Origin: an uncultured Acidimicrobiales bacterium
GTDB lineage: Bacteria > Actinomycetota > Acidimicrobiia > Acidimicrobiales > UBA10347
Assembly (NCBI GenBank): GCA_943788915.1
Contig: CALSSD010000010.1
Location: forward strand, 1-64,000
Length of the DNA stretch: 64,000 bases
Reading direction: 5' to 3'
The notes beneath the pieces were generated by a model that had not been told where the DNA came from, did not search any database, and worked only from the letters and a program-made list of their open reading frames with translations. The first letter of the stretch is position 1. Every line of letters begins with the position of its first letter. Made by a program: the position numbers and the translations under genes. Shown one piece after another: positions 1 to 10,657 of the stretch.

Positions 1-82
1 AACCGATGCGCTGTCCAACCGCCTTGCCCTGAACCGGTTGGTCCTTGGAACCATGGCCCTACGTTGACCGTCTGGCCGTGGG

Positions 83-794
83 TCATACCGAAGCTACCCA
101 GAAGGATCGTGAGCTTGCCACGCAGGTCCCCGACGCGTCGAAGAGTGCTGCGGCTGCGCCTCGTTTGCGTCCGTCCCACCCGGGTGAATAGTCACCCTTC
201 CACGCCACGAGTGCGTAGTCGGTTTCCGGTGTGATTTGGTGGTGAATATCCACCGCGAATTGCACGGTGACGGCCTGGCGGTGTTCTGGGCCACTGTGGG
301 AGATGTACCAGCCGCAACTGCAGTCCATCGCCATCCACAACAACGACATGTCGACACTCGCCGTCGATCAACGACCAGTCGGGGAGCCGGAACGGCGTGG
401 CCCATCGCCCGTCGCCGAGCGGTCCTGCATGCACATGCAACGAGTGCTCACCAAGCCCACACGACATGCAGTGCGGAGCGGGATGAGTGTCGGCAGTCAG
501 CGGGAACGCTTCGCGGGCCACCGCCGCCTCTTCGATGGTGACGGCATTGGTTGATGGATAGTCGACATCCCACCGGGTGGCTTCGAGGATCACGGTGCCG
601 GGGTCCGACGGATCCACGAGATGCCAGCAATCGTCGAGGTGGACCACGTCGAGACCTGTCTCGAGCGGAATCGGGCTGCGTAGCGCCACAGTGACTGGCT
701 CGCCGATCGCCTCGACGAACTGGTGGCAGGTGAAACCGCCTTGTCCCATGCCGGTCTGGCCCTGCCGCTGCGTTGGTACTCGAATAGTGCTCAC
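83..794 (-). CDS. Hotdog-fold/thioesterase-like hypothetical protein, frameshifted near 360
   Basis: ORF 192..794 (GMGQGG..VTVALRSPIPLE..HPAPHCMSCG) continues naturally into ORF 83..349 (LLWMAMDC..GWDGRKRGAAAALFDASG). One indel joins them. Confidence 0.6.
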
Positions 795-850
795 TGGTGG
801 TGAAGGTACCTTCCGGCGCCAGCCACAACCAAGACCCAGTGACGCTTCTT

Positions 851-887
851 AGGAGCCTGGTGTACGTATTTCGTACACCAGGCTCCT
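851..887. repeat. REP-like palindrome, copy A
   Basis: AGGAGCCTGGTGTACG-TATTT-CGTACACCAGGCTCCT, a perfect 16-bp stem. Near-identical copies lie at 41589-41627 and 56062-56098. Confidence 0.9.
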
Positions 888-894
888 TTTTTGC

Positions 895-2097
895 TTATGG
901 GCGGCCGGCGGGGAGGCCGAAGAGGGTGCGGGCATTGTCGCCGACGAAGGCCGGTTGATCTGCTTCAGGGAACATCGACACGAGCGCGTTCAGGTCGTGG
1001 ACATATTCGGGCGTGTGGTCGGCGTGGGGGAAGTCCGATGCCCACATAAATCGGTCAACGCCGAAGCGCTCGGCGAGTGAAGGAATTGTGCGTTCATCGG
1101 GATCACAGCTGATCCAGATGCGGTCTTGGAAATAGTCACTGGGTTTGTGTTTGAGTGGCACCCGTTCGCCGATGAACGTGTGGCCATAGACAGCGTCGAT
1201 GCGGTCGAGCCAGTAACCAATCCAGCCGCCGCCCGATTCAAGCACTAGCACCTTGAGCTGGGGGAACTTGTCGAATACGCCGTAGTCAAACAGGGTGGTG
1301 AACTGCTGGCGTACACCATCACTGGCAGTGACCGACGCCAGCAGTTGTAGCTGTTTGACGTTCTCCCACGAACCCATTCGTTCGCCCTTGGTCCATTGCG
1401 GCTCGAACGTGGGATGGATCGCGAACGGGATGTCGAGGTCTTGGGCGGTGGCGAACACAATGTCGTGGTCGGGGTGGCCAAGTGGTTTGGCATCGTGGGT
1501 GAAGGGGCAGACATAAGCGCCCTTCGCTCCCGACTCGACAGCACGACGCATCTCTTCGGCCGCGGCAGCGGGATCGCTCAGCGATACGTGGGCGGTGGGT
1601 ACCAGTCGGGGCTGATCGGCAGCAAACTCACAGATCCACCGGTTGTACGCCCGGGTATAGGCCTGGCACAGCTCCGGGTCCTTCAGTTCTGCTTCCCACA
1701 ACAAGCCGACGGTCGTGTACAGAATCGCGATGTCGATGTTCTCGGCGTCGAGTACCTCGATACGTTCGCCTGCGTGCATCGTGCCATAGGGCGCTTCTCG
1801 CAGATAGGTGCGTTCGGGATCCTTCTGCAGTGCCGCAAGATCGGGATACCCCATAGCGCCCAAAGTGGACGGGAAACCCCGGCGAGACATCGTGGATCGT
1901 TTGCCATCGATCTCGAGTTCTTCAAGACCGTTCTCGTCGATCCGGATACGTAACGCCCGATCCCGATACTTGGGCTCGATGTAGTTCTCCCACAGATCGG
2001 GTGGTTCAAGAATGTGGGCATCGGCATCCACCGCTCCGCTTGCCTCGATGCGGTGCGTCTCGTGCATCGTCTTTTGTGCTTCTACGAATACCGACAT
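895..2097 (-). CDS. Amidohydrolase family protein (Amidohydro_2)
   Basis: DADAHILEP metal motif, AIHP, LESGGGW and WASDFPHAD. Confidence 0.9.
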   Translation of the reverse strand: MSVFVEAQKTMHETHRIEASGAVDADAHILEPPDLWENYIEPKYRDRALRIRIDENGLEELEIDGKRSTMSRRGFPSTLGAMGYPDLAALQKDPERTYLREAPYGTMHAGERIEVLDAENIDIAILYTTVGLLWEAELKDPELCQAYTRAYNRWICEFAADQPRLVPTAHVSLSDPAAAAEEMRRAVESGAKGAYVCPFTHDAKPLGHPDHDIVFATAQDLDIPFAIHPTFEPQWTKGERMGSWENVKQLQLLASVTASDGVRQQFTTLFDYGVFDKFPQLKVLVLESGGGWIGYWLDRIDAVYGHTFIGERVPLKHKPSDYFQDRIWISCDPDERTIPSLAERFGVDRFMWASDFPHADHTPEYVHDLNALVSMFPEADQPAFVGDNARTLFGLPAGRP

Positions 2098-2135
2098 GTC
2101 ATCCCCCGAAGTGTCGACTGGTATCTCCGTCGACG

Positions 2136-3068
2136 TTAGAACATCTCGGTCTGTTCGGGTTCCTCGACGGCGGGGGCTTCGGGCAGCGGAGCCAAAGCGG
2201 GGTACTGCATGCCCACTGCGGTGTGGAGCGCTCGTGCCAGCCCAGGGGAGTCCAGGTTCTCGGGCTGATGCACGAACACGTACGGCTCACGGCCTTCGTC
2301 CAGCCACGTCTTGATCTTCGGTACCCACTTGAGTAGGCCCTTCATGGTGCCTTGGGGCGAATCTTCGCCGATCACTCGGATAATGGGCCGCTGGCCCACG
2401 GCGTCGAGGGTGATCGGGAGATCGGGTTTGTTGCTCTTTTCCTCGGTAGCGGCGGTGCTGGCAGCGGGGACCGCGTAGAGCGGCCGGGTGTCAAGCACGA
2501 TACGAGAGATCTCGCGTTCGATAAGCAGTTCGTCGAGTTCCTGCTGAGCACGCGAACCATCGAACCAGCCGGGATGTCGCAGCTCGAGCGCCCACTTCCA
2601 ATCCTGGGGGAGGCGACGCACAAAGTTGAGGAGCAGCGGCAGTGCTTCTGGCCCGAATGCTGGAGGCAGCTGCGCTTGGACCGGGCCCAGTCGCTCACCA
2701 AGCGGTTCCATCGCGTTGAGGAAACTACGCACTGGCCGAGCGACATCGTTGAGTCGGCGTTCGTGGGTGATTTCTTTGGGAAACTTGAACATGAACCGGA
2801 AGTCGGTTGGTGTCTGCTCCAGCCAACGTTTGACCGTGTCGCCGGAGGGTTCGGCGTAGAACGTGGTGTTGCCTTCGACGGCATTGCAGAGTCGGGTGTA
2901 CAGCCCCAGTTCTGTGCCAGTACGAGTCTTCTGCGGGTACCACACCCCTACCCAAGATCGTTGTGCCCACATGGGGCAACCCACACGTAACACGGGCACG
3001 GCTGGTGACTCGGAACTTTCGATGCACCAATGGTGAACGATCGAGCGGCAAAAACCAACCATCCTCAA
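2136..3068 (-). CDS. DUF72 domain protein (true start probably near 2996)
   Basis: GCPMW, AVEGNTTFY, FRFMFKFPKEITH, QLPPAF and ELRHPGW. Confidence 0.85.
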   Translation of the reverse strand: MRMVGFCRSIVHHWCIESSESPAVPVLRVGCPMWAQRSWVGVWYPQKTRTGTELGLYTRLCNAVEGNTTFYAEPSGDTVKRWLEQTPTDFRFMFKFPKEITHERRLNDVARPVRSFLNAMEPLGERLGPVQAQLPPAFGPEALPLLLNFVRRLPQDWKWALELRHPGWFDGSRAQQELDELLIEREISRIVLDTRPLYAVPAASTAATEEKSNKPDLPITLDAVGQRPIIRVIGEDSPQGTMKGLLKWVPKIKTWLDEGREPYVFVHQPENLDSPGLARALHTAVGMQYPALAPLPEAPAVEEPEQTEMF

Positions 3069-3304
3069 CCGAAGAAGTTGACATGAGTTGTTGTTTGGCT
3101 ACCGACAGGCCAATCGAGCCTCGGCCAGGTCGAAGCTGAAGGGGTCGTAGACGCGGGATTCGTCGGCCTGATCACATCGATCGGCCAGACTTGTCGACGG
3201 AGGTAGTTGGGTGTTCATGAGCGTCTCGTGGCCAAGGAGTGTCGGCCTAGCATCGGCCGAGAGTCAGCTACGGCGAAATGAGTAGCTGCCGATAACAGGG
3301 GTGT

Positions 3305-4461
3305 TCAGATGCCGATATCACGGCGGTTGTAGTTGCGCAGTAGTGAGGCCCGGGTGTCTGGGTTGTATCGATGCTGCTCTTCCTGGCCAGCGAGTGGCGC
3401 GTACACGTATGGCTTCTCGTCGGGGAAGTGTTGGCTGCGGGCATCGATCGCCAGTGCGATCGTGCGGCAACGTTCGGTCACATACTCCTGGTCATAGAAC
3501 TTGCCTTCGCCGCTCAGCATGCCGTGCTGATCGATCACGGACGAGTGGCGGTGGAAGCCGAAGTTCACCGTGACCCGGCGGTCGGGCGAGGTGTTGGGGA
3601 ACGAACCGTGGAGCGTTTGACGATTGGTCATGGTGAGATCGCCGGGTCCACATACCAACGGCACGGCATCTGGTAGCCGCTGGTCGCCGCCATTCTCGGC
3701 GACCAGCTTCTTGATATCGACCTTGCCCCAGGTATGCGAGCCGGGAACGACCCACACACCATTTCCTGGGTGTGCTTCCCCACAGCTGGAGTTGGAAGTT
3801 GAAGCCATGAATCCCCGGATTCCAATCGGGGTTGTCCCAATGGATCTGACCATCTTGATGCCAGGCGATCGAGGGACCGAGACCCGGTTCCTTTACAAAC
3901 AGGACCTCGTTGAAGGGCGTGAAGTCGGGACCATTGACGGCTTCGGCCACCCGCAACAGATCTGGATGCCCGTAGACACGCAAGAACGTCTCACTGATTT
4001 CGAGGCAGCCGCTGACGAGAAACGGCACGTCGGCAGGGGGCATCTTCGGCCGGCGTCGGCTCGTGCATCTTCACTTGATGCCGGCCGTTCAAGACCGGCT
4101 TGCCGCCCCATGGGTCGCTGAGCGGTTTTGTCATGAGCCAGGGGTTGATCTCGAAGTCGAGTCCTAACGCGGGGCGGCCATGCCTGTCGGTGGTTGACCG
4201 CTTGGTCGGGTAGGGGGCCCGTTCGAGCAGCTGGTCGATATCGGACCGCAGTTCAGCCAGCTCAGCGGCGTCGACCACGTTCTCGAACACATAGAAGCCG
4301 TGTGCCCAATACGCTTCGAGAATGTCGGGATGGAGAGAGCCGTCGTCGGTGAACCGGATCGGCCCCCGGTTGTCCATGTCGAGCGCGGCAGCTTCGCCTG
4401 CCGCGTAATAATCGTCGGTTGCCAGTTCCCCTGTATCTCGTTCCCCGGTGTCCAGACTCAT
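3305..4461 (-). CDS. Phytanoyl-CoA dioxygenase (PhyH) family protein, two frameshifts (about 4040 and 3775)
   Basis: ORFs 3991..4461, 3492..4043 (WHQDG) and 3305..3853 (WVVPGSH, HGSFPN..RR) join into one 2OG-Fe(II) dioxygenase. Confidence 0.8.
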
Positions 4462-5312
4462 TCGTCGAGCCGTTTCACCGTTGACGGACGTCCGGTGGTG
4501 CCGTGGGCCATACCAACGTTGCGGTGCAAATTACGAGTGTTCTTTGCTTGGCCGTGGATCCCCGGACCCACAGCCAACAGCCCTCCATCGACGGTGATCG
4601 ACTGGCCGGTGATGAACGACGAGTCATCGCCGGCCAAGAACAAAGCTGCACCCGCAATGTCGCTGCCTTCGCCTCGGCGTTTAAGTGGTTGGAACTCGTT
4701 CATGACCCGCTCGGCATCTTCTTCGTCGCCCGAGTGCATCAGCGGGGTGAAGATCAGTCCTGGGCAAATGCTGTTCACCCGGATGTTGTGTGGTGCCAAC
4801 TCGGTTGCCGTGTTCTTGCCCAGATTGATCACCGCGGCCTTTGCTGCCGAGTACGGCTGGGGGCCGGCGCCGCCGCCGATACCAGCGATCGATGCGGTGT
4901 TGATGATCGAACCACCTTCGCCCTGGTCGATCATGACCCGGGCGCCATGTTTGATTCCCAGGAATACACCCTTGGTCAAGATGGCGAATGTTTCGTCCCA
5001 ATCCTCGGCTTTGATCTCGGTGATTGGCCCGAAGGCGCCGCCGATGCCAGCGTTGTTAAACACGATGTCGAGTCGACCGAACGCATCGGTGGCCAAGGCA
5101 ATGGCAGCGGCGACGTCGTCTTCGATAGCGACATCACACTTGGTGAATCGACATCGGTCACCCAGCCGGTCGGCTGCTGCGGTCCCACTCTCGGTGTTGA
5201 AGTCGGCGATCACCACGCTGGCGCCTTCGGCGATGAAACGTTCGGCTGTCGCCAACCCCATCCCACTCGCTGCTCCGGTGATTACTGCAACTCGTCCGTC
5301 TAGCTGACCCAT
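4458..5312 (-). CDS. Short-chain dehydrogenase/reductase
   Basis: TGAASGMG, NNAG and YSAAK. The stop overlaps the next start (ATGA). Confidence 0.9.
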   Translation of the reverse strand: MGQLDGRVAVITGAASGMGLATAERFIAEGASVVIADFNTESGTAAADRLGDRCRFTKCDVAIEDDVAAAIALATDAFGRLDIVFNNAGIGGAFGPITEIKAEDWDETFAILTKGVFLGIKHGARVMIDQGEGGSIINTASIAGIGGGAGPQPYSAAKAAVINLGKNTATELAPHNIRVNSICPGLIFTPLMHSGDEEDAERVMNEFQPLKRRGEGSDIAGAALFLAGDDSSFITGQSITVDGGLLAVGPGIHGQAKNTRNLHRNVGMAHGTTGRPSTVKRLDE

Positions 5313-5407
5313 GTTTGTCCTCATTCGTCTTTGCCCTCGTCGGTAGGTCAATCTTGTCAGGTTGGCCAAACAGGGACCATTTCGCTCTCTGCGAGCGTTA
5401 GCTAGGT

Positions 5408-6362
5408 ATGGCGAAACAACACACCATGTTGATCATCATTGTCGCAACGCTGATGGCCGCAACGATGGCGGTTCTGGCTCAGACCGCATCTACGCAGAGC
5501 GCAGCGGCCCAAACGGGAGCGTCCCAGACAAGTGGCCCATCCATGACTGTTTCGCCGCAGTCCGGGGTCCGTCCGTTGACGGTGGTGGTCACGGGCACCC
5601 GATGCGCGACAACAGCACCCCCAACGGGTGTTGTACCTCATCAGATCCGAGTGAGCTGGCAGTTCGTCGACGCACCGTGGACCGCCGAGACGCGCATCAT
5701 CGCCGACGGCCAGGACGCTGAAGCGTGGACGACCACGCTGGTGCTCAACGGGTTCGATACGGGTGTGTACCTGATCGAGGCGAGCTGCTTTGACGCAGGA
5801 GGCCAAACAGTGTTGGCGTACCCTGACCAGAAGGTCGAAGTGTTGTTGGTGCCGCCGGTGCTTAGCGGCTCGCCGACCGCACTCCTTATAGGGGAATCAT
5901 TTACTGCAACCGCGGATCAATGCCCTGATCCACAGGGTCCGATTCTGGGTGGGGGCTATTTCGTGCGCTTCACCTTGGAGTATCTGATTCCGCCGAGCGG
6001 TACCGAGGGACCGTTCAGCGAGTCGACCACCGTGTGGACCAATCAGGCAGGGGTCGCGTCGACGATCTTCACGTTGCCAGCCAACGCGCCAACCGAGGGA
6101 AGTGCGTATCGTCTGTCTGCGTCGTGTCAGCTCGAGGAACTGGGCAGCAGCTTCGAGACGTTTGCCTACACGCCGGTGGCCATCCAGGTGTCGGCTCAGC
6201 CCGATCCAACCCCCGACTCCAACCGCTACGCCGCAACCAACTGCCACACCGGGGCCAACGCCGACACCCGAGCCGAGCCCAACGCCTCAGCCCACCCCGA
6301 CTCCTGTTCCAACATCTACTCCGGGGCCCGGCGGGGGAGGGATCATCATCTTCACCGGCTGA
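5408..6362 (+). CDS. Secreted protein with two Ig-like repeats and a Pro/Thr-rich tail, frameshift near 6210
   Basis: Signal peptide and two similar beta-rich units, each with two Cys. The PTPT tail ending PGGGGIIIFTG* is in the 6102..6362 frame, after a C homopolymer. Confidence 0.6.
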
Positions 6363-6381
6363 CTGATCGGCCACCCAGGCA

Positions 6382-6443
6382 GGTCAGGTCACCGCGGTCA
6401 GGTCACCGCGGTCAGGTCACTGCGGCACGCGGTCAGGTAACCG
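6382..6443. repeat. 14-bp tandem repeat (GGTCAGGTCACCGC x3 plus a partial copy over a stop codon)
   Basis: Read directly. The last copy contains the stop of the CoA-transferase at 6433. Confidence 0.85.
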
Positions 6444-7633
6444 TGCCAGCCGCACGCAGGGCAGCAATGCTGTCGGCATCGTGGCCGACGGCTGCGAGAA
6501 TCTCGTTGGTGTTCTCGCCCAGGTCTGGGACCCACCACCGTGGTTCGATCTCATTCGACGAGAACCGGGCTGCAGCGCGAGGTTGGCGGAGTTTGCCCGC
6601 CTTGGGGTGTTCCCACTCGTGCATGATGTCGTTGTGTATGACCTGTGGGTAGTCGTGAATCTCGTCGACCTGCAACAGGGGCGCCGACGGCACGTCGTAG
6701 TGCTTCAGCCGAGCGAGTGCTTCGTCTCGGGTCAAGGCATAGAAGCCGCTTTCGACGGAGGCAGCGATCTCGGCGATGACCTCACCGTTGCCAGCGCGGC
6801 CTGCCGCAGTTCCATAACGAGGATCATCGGCCATGTCGTCGCGGCCTGCCGCCCGCAGCATGCCCTGATAGTTGCTGTCGTTGGCCAGGTAATAGACCAA
6901 CTGCCCATCGCTGCATGCCGTGACCGACATGATTTGATACAACGTCCATCCGGCGCTGACGTCGTCATCCAGCAAGGTGTGAGCCATGCCGCCGTCGGGC
7001 CAGAAGAACGACAACGCGGTGTCGAGCATCGATACTTCGAGGTGTTCGCCCACGCCATCGGCGCTTCGTTCCCTGGCGAAAAGTGCGGCGGTAATCGCCT
7101 GCGCTGTCGTGAGCGCGGTGGACTTATCGATGATGATCGTGCGATGCACATCGTGGAACGGCACGTTCGGGTTGAGTTGGACCGCACAGTGGCCGCTCAC
7201 CGCCTGGATCACGGGATCGAAAAACCGGCACGTCGGACATGGGGCCGGTCTGGCCGAAACCCGACATCCACACCGTGACGAGTTTGGGGTTGATCTCTCG
7301 CAGTTCCTGATGGGTGATGCCCAGCCGCTCGATAGCTCCAGCACGGAAGTTCTGCACGAACACGTCGGCATCTGCGGCGAGTTGCTTGACGATCGCCACA
7401 CCTTCAGGAGTGGTCATATCTACGGCGATGCTCTTCTTGCCCCGGTTGCAGTTCAGTTCGAGCGCATTCATCCCGTTCTTCGAGAACAGCGAGTTCTGCC
7501 GGAGGATGTCTCCCTCGGGAAACTCAACCTTGATGACTTCGGCACCTTGTTCTGCGAGCAACATGGTGCACACCGGTCCAGCGACGACCTGGGTGAGGTC
7601 GACGATCTTGATTCCTGCGAGGGGTCCTGCCAT
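6433..7633 (-). CDS. CaiB/BaiF class III CoA-transferase, frameshift near 7222
   Basis: GPLAGIKIVDLTQVVAGP..NRGKKS..QNFRAG in one frame, FDPVIQAVSG..PDLGENT in the other. The junction is at an A5 run. Confidence 0.85.
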
Positions 7634-7696
7634 TGGGCCAGTGTTGCCTAAGGCCAGCGTTGGTAAGAAAAGCGGCACTCCACCTAGTCTCACGGG

Positions 7697-8896
7697 ATGC
7701 TTGAAGGCGTTCGCGTTTTGGATCTAACGCAGTACCTATCCGGACCAGCGTGCACGCTGCTTATGGCCGGCCTTGGCGCCGACGTGATCAAGGTCGAACC
7801 TGGACCTGGGGGCGACGCCGCGCGCATACTGCCGGTGGTCAAGGGTGATCACAGTTCGTATTTCGTGCAGCAGAACCGGGGCAAGCGCAGCATCTGTATC
7901 GACATGAACCAGCCCGCCGGTCATGAGCTGATCGCAGCACTCGCCGCTGAATGTGATGTCCTCGTTGAGAACTACGGCCACGGTGTGCTCGAGAAACGGG
8001 GACTTGGCCCCGACGCACTGCGAGCAGCCAACCCAGGGTTGATCTATGCGTCGATCTCGACGTTCGGTCGCACCGGTTCAAAGGCGCATCTTCCTGGCTT
8101 CGACCTCATTGCGCAGGCCTATGCCGGCTCAGCCGCTCTCACTGGTGAACGCGATGGCGCTCCACTCGGGTCCGGAGCCCCCATGGGCGACGTCAGCGCA
8201 GGCATGATGGCGTTCGGTGCGATCTCGGCAGCGCTCTATGGTCGGGTCACCACTGGTGAAGGCCAGTTCATCGACGTGTCGATGGTCGAGTCGATCTTTA
8301 ACATGCACCCGTTTGCGGTCCAGGGGCCGAGCATGACCGAAGGCAAGGCTCGGCTGAAACGCACCGGTCGTCACTTTGGCGCTGTCCCGCCAGCGGGCAC
8401 TTTTAGGGGTCCCGACGGCTGGCTGGCGATTCATGTGCTTGCGGGGCAATGGTCCCGCTTGTGCGAAGCGGCAGCATCGATCGACCTTGCTGGGATGGAA
8501 CGTTTCCAGACGCCACAAGGCCGAGGCGACAACCGCATCGAACTGCTCGAGGTTCTCGAAGCCTGGATGCAGACGTTCCCCTCGAACGACGAGCTGATCG
8601 CCCACCTGGAATCACATCGGGTGCCGGTCGCTCCGGTGATCGATCCCGCGGATGCCCACCTCGACGACTGGTACGTCGAACGAGGAGCGGTCACCGAAGT
8701 GCATGATCCACATCTTGGATCAATCCGGGTTCCGGGTTTCCCAATCCACGCCAGCGGTGTGCCCCGTCGCCAGGTTGAACCGTTGGCTCCGGAGCTCGGC
8801 GCTGACAACGGCGACGTCCTATCCGAGCTGCTCGGATATTCACCTACTCAGATCGACGACCTCGCACAAGCCGGCGTCATCCGCTCCGCTAGCTGA
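7697..8896 (+). CDS. CaiB/BaiF class III CoA-transferase
   Basis: LEGVRVLDLTQYLSGP, NRGKRS and APELGADN. Confidence 0.92.
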   Translation: MLEGVRVLDLTQYLSGPACTLLMAGLGADVIKVEPGPGGDAARILPVVKGDHSSYFVQQNRGKRSICIDMNQPAGHELIAALAAECDVLVENYGHGVLEKRGLGPDALRAANPGLIYASISTFGRTGSKAHLPGFDLIAQAYAGSAALTGERDGAPLGSGAPMGDVSAGMMAFGAISAALYGRVTTGEGQFIDVSMVESIFNMHPFAVQGPSMTEGKARLKRTGRHFGAVPPAGTFRGPDGWLAIHVLAGQWSRLCEAAASIDLAGMERFQTPQGRGDNRIELLEVLEAWMQTFPSNDELIAHLESHRVPVAPVIDPADAHLDDWYVERGAVTEVHDPHLGSIRVPGFPIHASGVPRRQVEPLAPELGADNGDVLSELLGYSPTQIDDLAQAGVIRSAS

Positions 8897-8906
8897 ACCT
8901 GTTCTC

Positions 8907-8985
8907 GACCTCAGATCTGCGAGCGTCAGGTCGCGCCTGCCGCGGTTGTGTTCTTCGCGGTCTGAGCGTCACAGATGCTGAGGTC
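8907..8985. repeat. Long imperfect inverted repeat between convergent genes
   Basis: GACCTCAG-ATCTGCGAGCGTCAGGTCGCG (8907-8935) versus the reverse complement of 8956-8985, GACCTCAGCATCTGTGACGCTCAGACCGCG. Confidence 0.7.
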
Positions 8986-8988
8986 TAA

Positions 8989-9828
8989 CTACTCCGCGAG
9001 TTTGTCGATGGTGTCGATCAGGTTCATTTCACCGTCGCGGGTTTGGCCGCCGACTTCGATGAATCGTTCCATGCGGCGGCGGGCCTCGGGGTCACGCAAG
9101 GTCTGCTGAAACAGGAAGGCTTCTTCCAACATGCCGTCGTGCAGGCTCATGGTGTCGGTGTTTGCAACCGAAGCCTTGGCGGCCGCGACCGCAATCGGTG
9201 GGTAACCAGCGATGCGTTTGGCAAGCGCAGTGACATGCGGGCGCAGTTCTTCGGGAGGAAGCGCTCGATTGAGCATGCCCCACGCTTCGGCTGTCTCGGC
9301 ATCGATGTCGATGCCGCCAAGGATGATCTCCATGGCACGGCCACGGCCAACAAGGCGGGGGAGACGTTGGGTGCCGGTGCCGCCAGGGAGAATGCCGAGT
9401 GGCACTTCCATTTGGTTTATGACGGTTTTGCCAATGGCCCCGAACCGCATGTCGCACGACATAGCCAACTCGTTTCCGCCGCCACCAACGCGCCCGGCGA
9501 TTTCGGCGATGGTCGGCTTGGGCATGGTTCGGTAGGTCTCACACATCAGATGGAAACCACCAAGTTCCGTTGGTTTCTCGGCAGGTGTTTCGAACGGGAA
9601 TGTGGAGATCAGCGACACGTCGAAGTGGGCGATAAAGAAGTCGGGGTCGTCGCTGCGTAACACCACCGCCCGCACGTTGTCGTCGACCGCCACCGCGTTG
9701 CCGAACTTGGCCAGCTGCGAGAAGAGATCGCGTACCATGACATTCATTGGTGGGGCGTCGATCGTGGCGAAAGCAACGCTGTCTTCTATCTCGACATGCA
9801 GCATGGTGTAGAGGGAGTAGTCGGTCAT
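8989..9828 (-). CDS. Enoyl-CoA hydratase/isomerase family protein
   Basis: FFIAHFD, GGGGNELAMSCDMR and EVPLGILPGGTGTQRLPRLVG. Confidence 0.9.
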   Translation of the reverse strand: MTDYSLYTMLHVEIEDSVAFATIDAPPMNVMVRDLFSQLAKFGNAVAVDDNVRAVVLRSDDPDFFIAHFDVSLISTFPFETPAEKPTELGGFHLMCETYRTMPKPTIAEIAGRVGGGGNELAMSCDMRFGAIGKTVINQMEVPLGILPGGTGTQRLPRLVGRGRAMEIILGGIDIDAETAEAWGMLNRALPPEELRPHVTALAKRIAGYPPIAVAAAKASVANTDTMSLHDGMLEEAFLFQQTLRDPEARRRMERFIEVGGQTRDGEMNLIDTIDKLAE

Positions 9829-10616
9829 GCTTCCCACCCGATCTTGCCTTCGACGTCTTCGGCACGGGCCTTGAGCCGTCGCATACCCCTGAGCCATCTG
9901 TCAGGATCATCGGCTTTGCGTTTGATGTAGTCGCCGACCTCGGGGTGGGGGAGTACGTGGAAACGTTCATCTCGCAGTGCAGCGACGACAACGTCGGCCA
10001 GCTCGGATGCCTCCATGATGCCGTCGGTGCCGCCGTCGGCCAGGCCGGACGGGGCCATTGCGGTGTTCACACCCTGAGGGCACAAGACCGACACGCCGAT
10101 GCCCTCGTCGCCATGGGTGATGGCCAACATCTCGGCCAGCTTGATCGCCGCCGCCTTGGACACCGAATAGGGGGCCGATGGAATCGCAGCGAGGAGACCA
10201 GCGGCCGAGGCGGTATTGAGTAGATACCCCTCGCCCCGAGCAATCATCGATGGCAACACGGCTCGTGCCGCGTAGAGATGCGACATCACATGGAGTTCCC
10301 ATTGCTGTTGCCACTGTTCGTTGGTGGCGTCGGTCAGGACACCGCGTGTGACTGAGCCGGCATTGCTGCAGAACAGGTCGATAGGGCCGTGAGCAGCGAG
10401 TGTTTGTTCGACAAGTGCTTCGACCTGCGACTCGTTGGTCACATCGGCAGCGATACCTTCACAGCCGATCTCGGCGGCCACCTCGGCCACGCGATCGGCG
10501 TCGAGATCAGAGATCACGACGGTGCGAGCGCCCTCGGCCAAAAAGGCTCTGGCCAGCGCCTGGCCGATACCTCCGGTGCCGCCGGTGATTACTGCAACCT
10601 TGTCCTGGAGTTCCAT
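9825..10616 (-). CDS. Short-chain dehydrogenase/reductase
   Basis: TGGTGGIG, SNAG and YSVSK. Confidence 0.9.
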   Translation of the reverse strand: MELQDKVAVITGGTGGIGQALARAFLAEGARTVVISDLDADRVAEVAAEIGCEGIAADVTNESQVEALVEQTLAAHGPIDLFCSNAGSVTRGVLTDATNEQWQQQWELHVMSHLYAARAVLPSMIARGEGYLLNTASAAGLLAAIPSAPYSVSKAAAIKLAEMLAITHGDEGIGVSVLCPQGVNTAMAPSGLADGGTDGIMEASELADVVVAALRDERFHVLPHPEVGDYIKRKADDPDRWLRGMRRLKARAEDVEGKIGWEA

Positions 10617-10657
10617 CTGCCAACCCTATGTCGGGCGGCTACCCCGGGTTAGTACCG

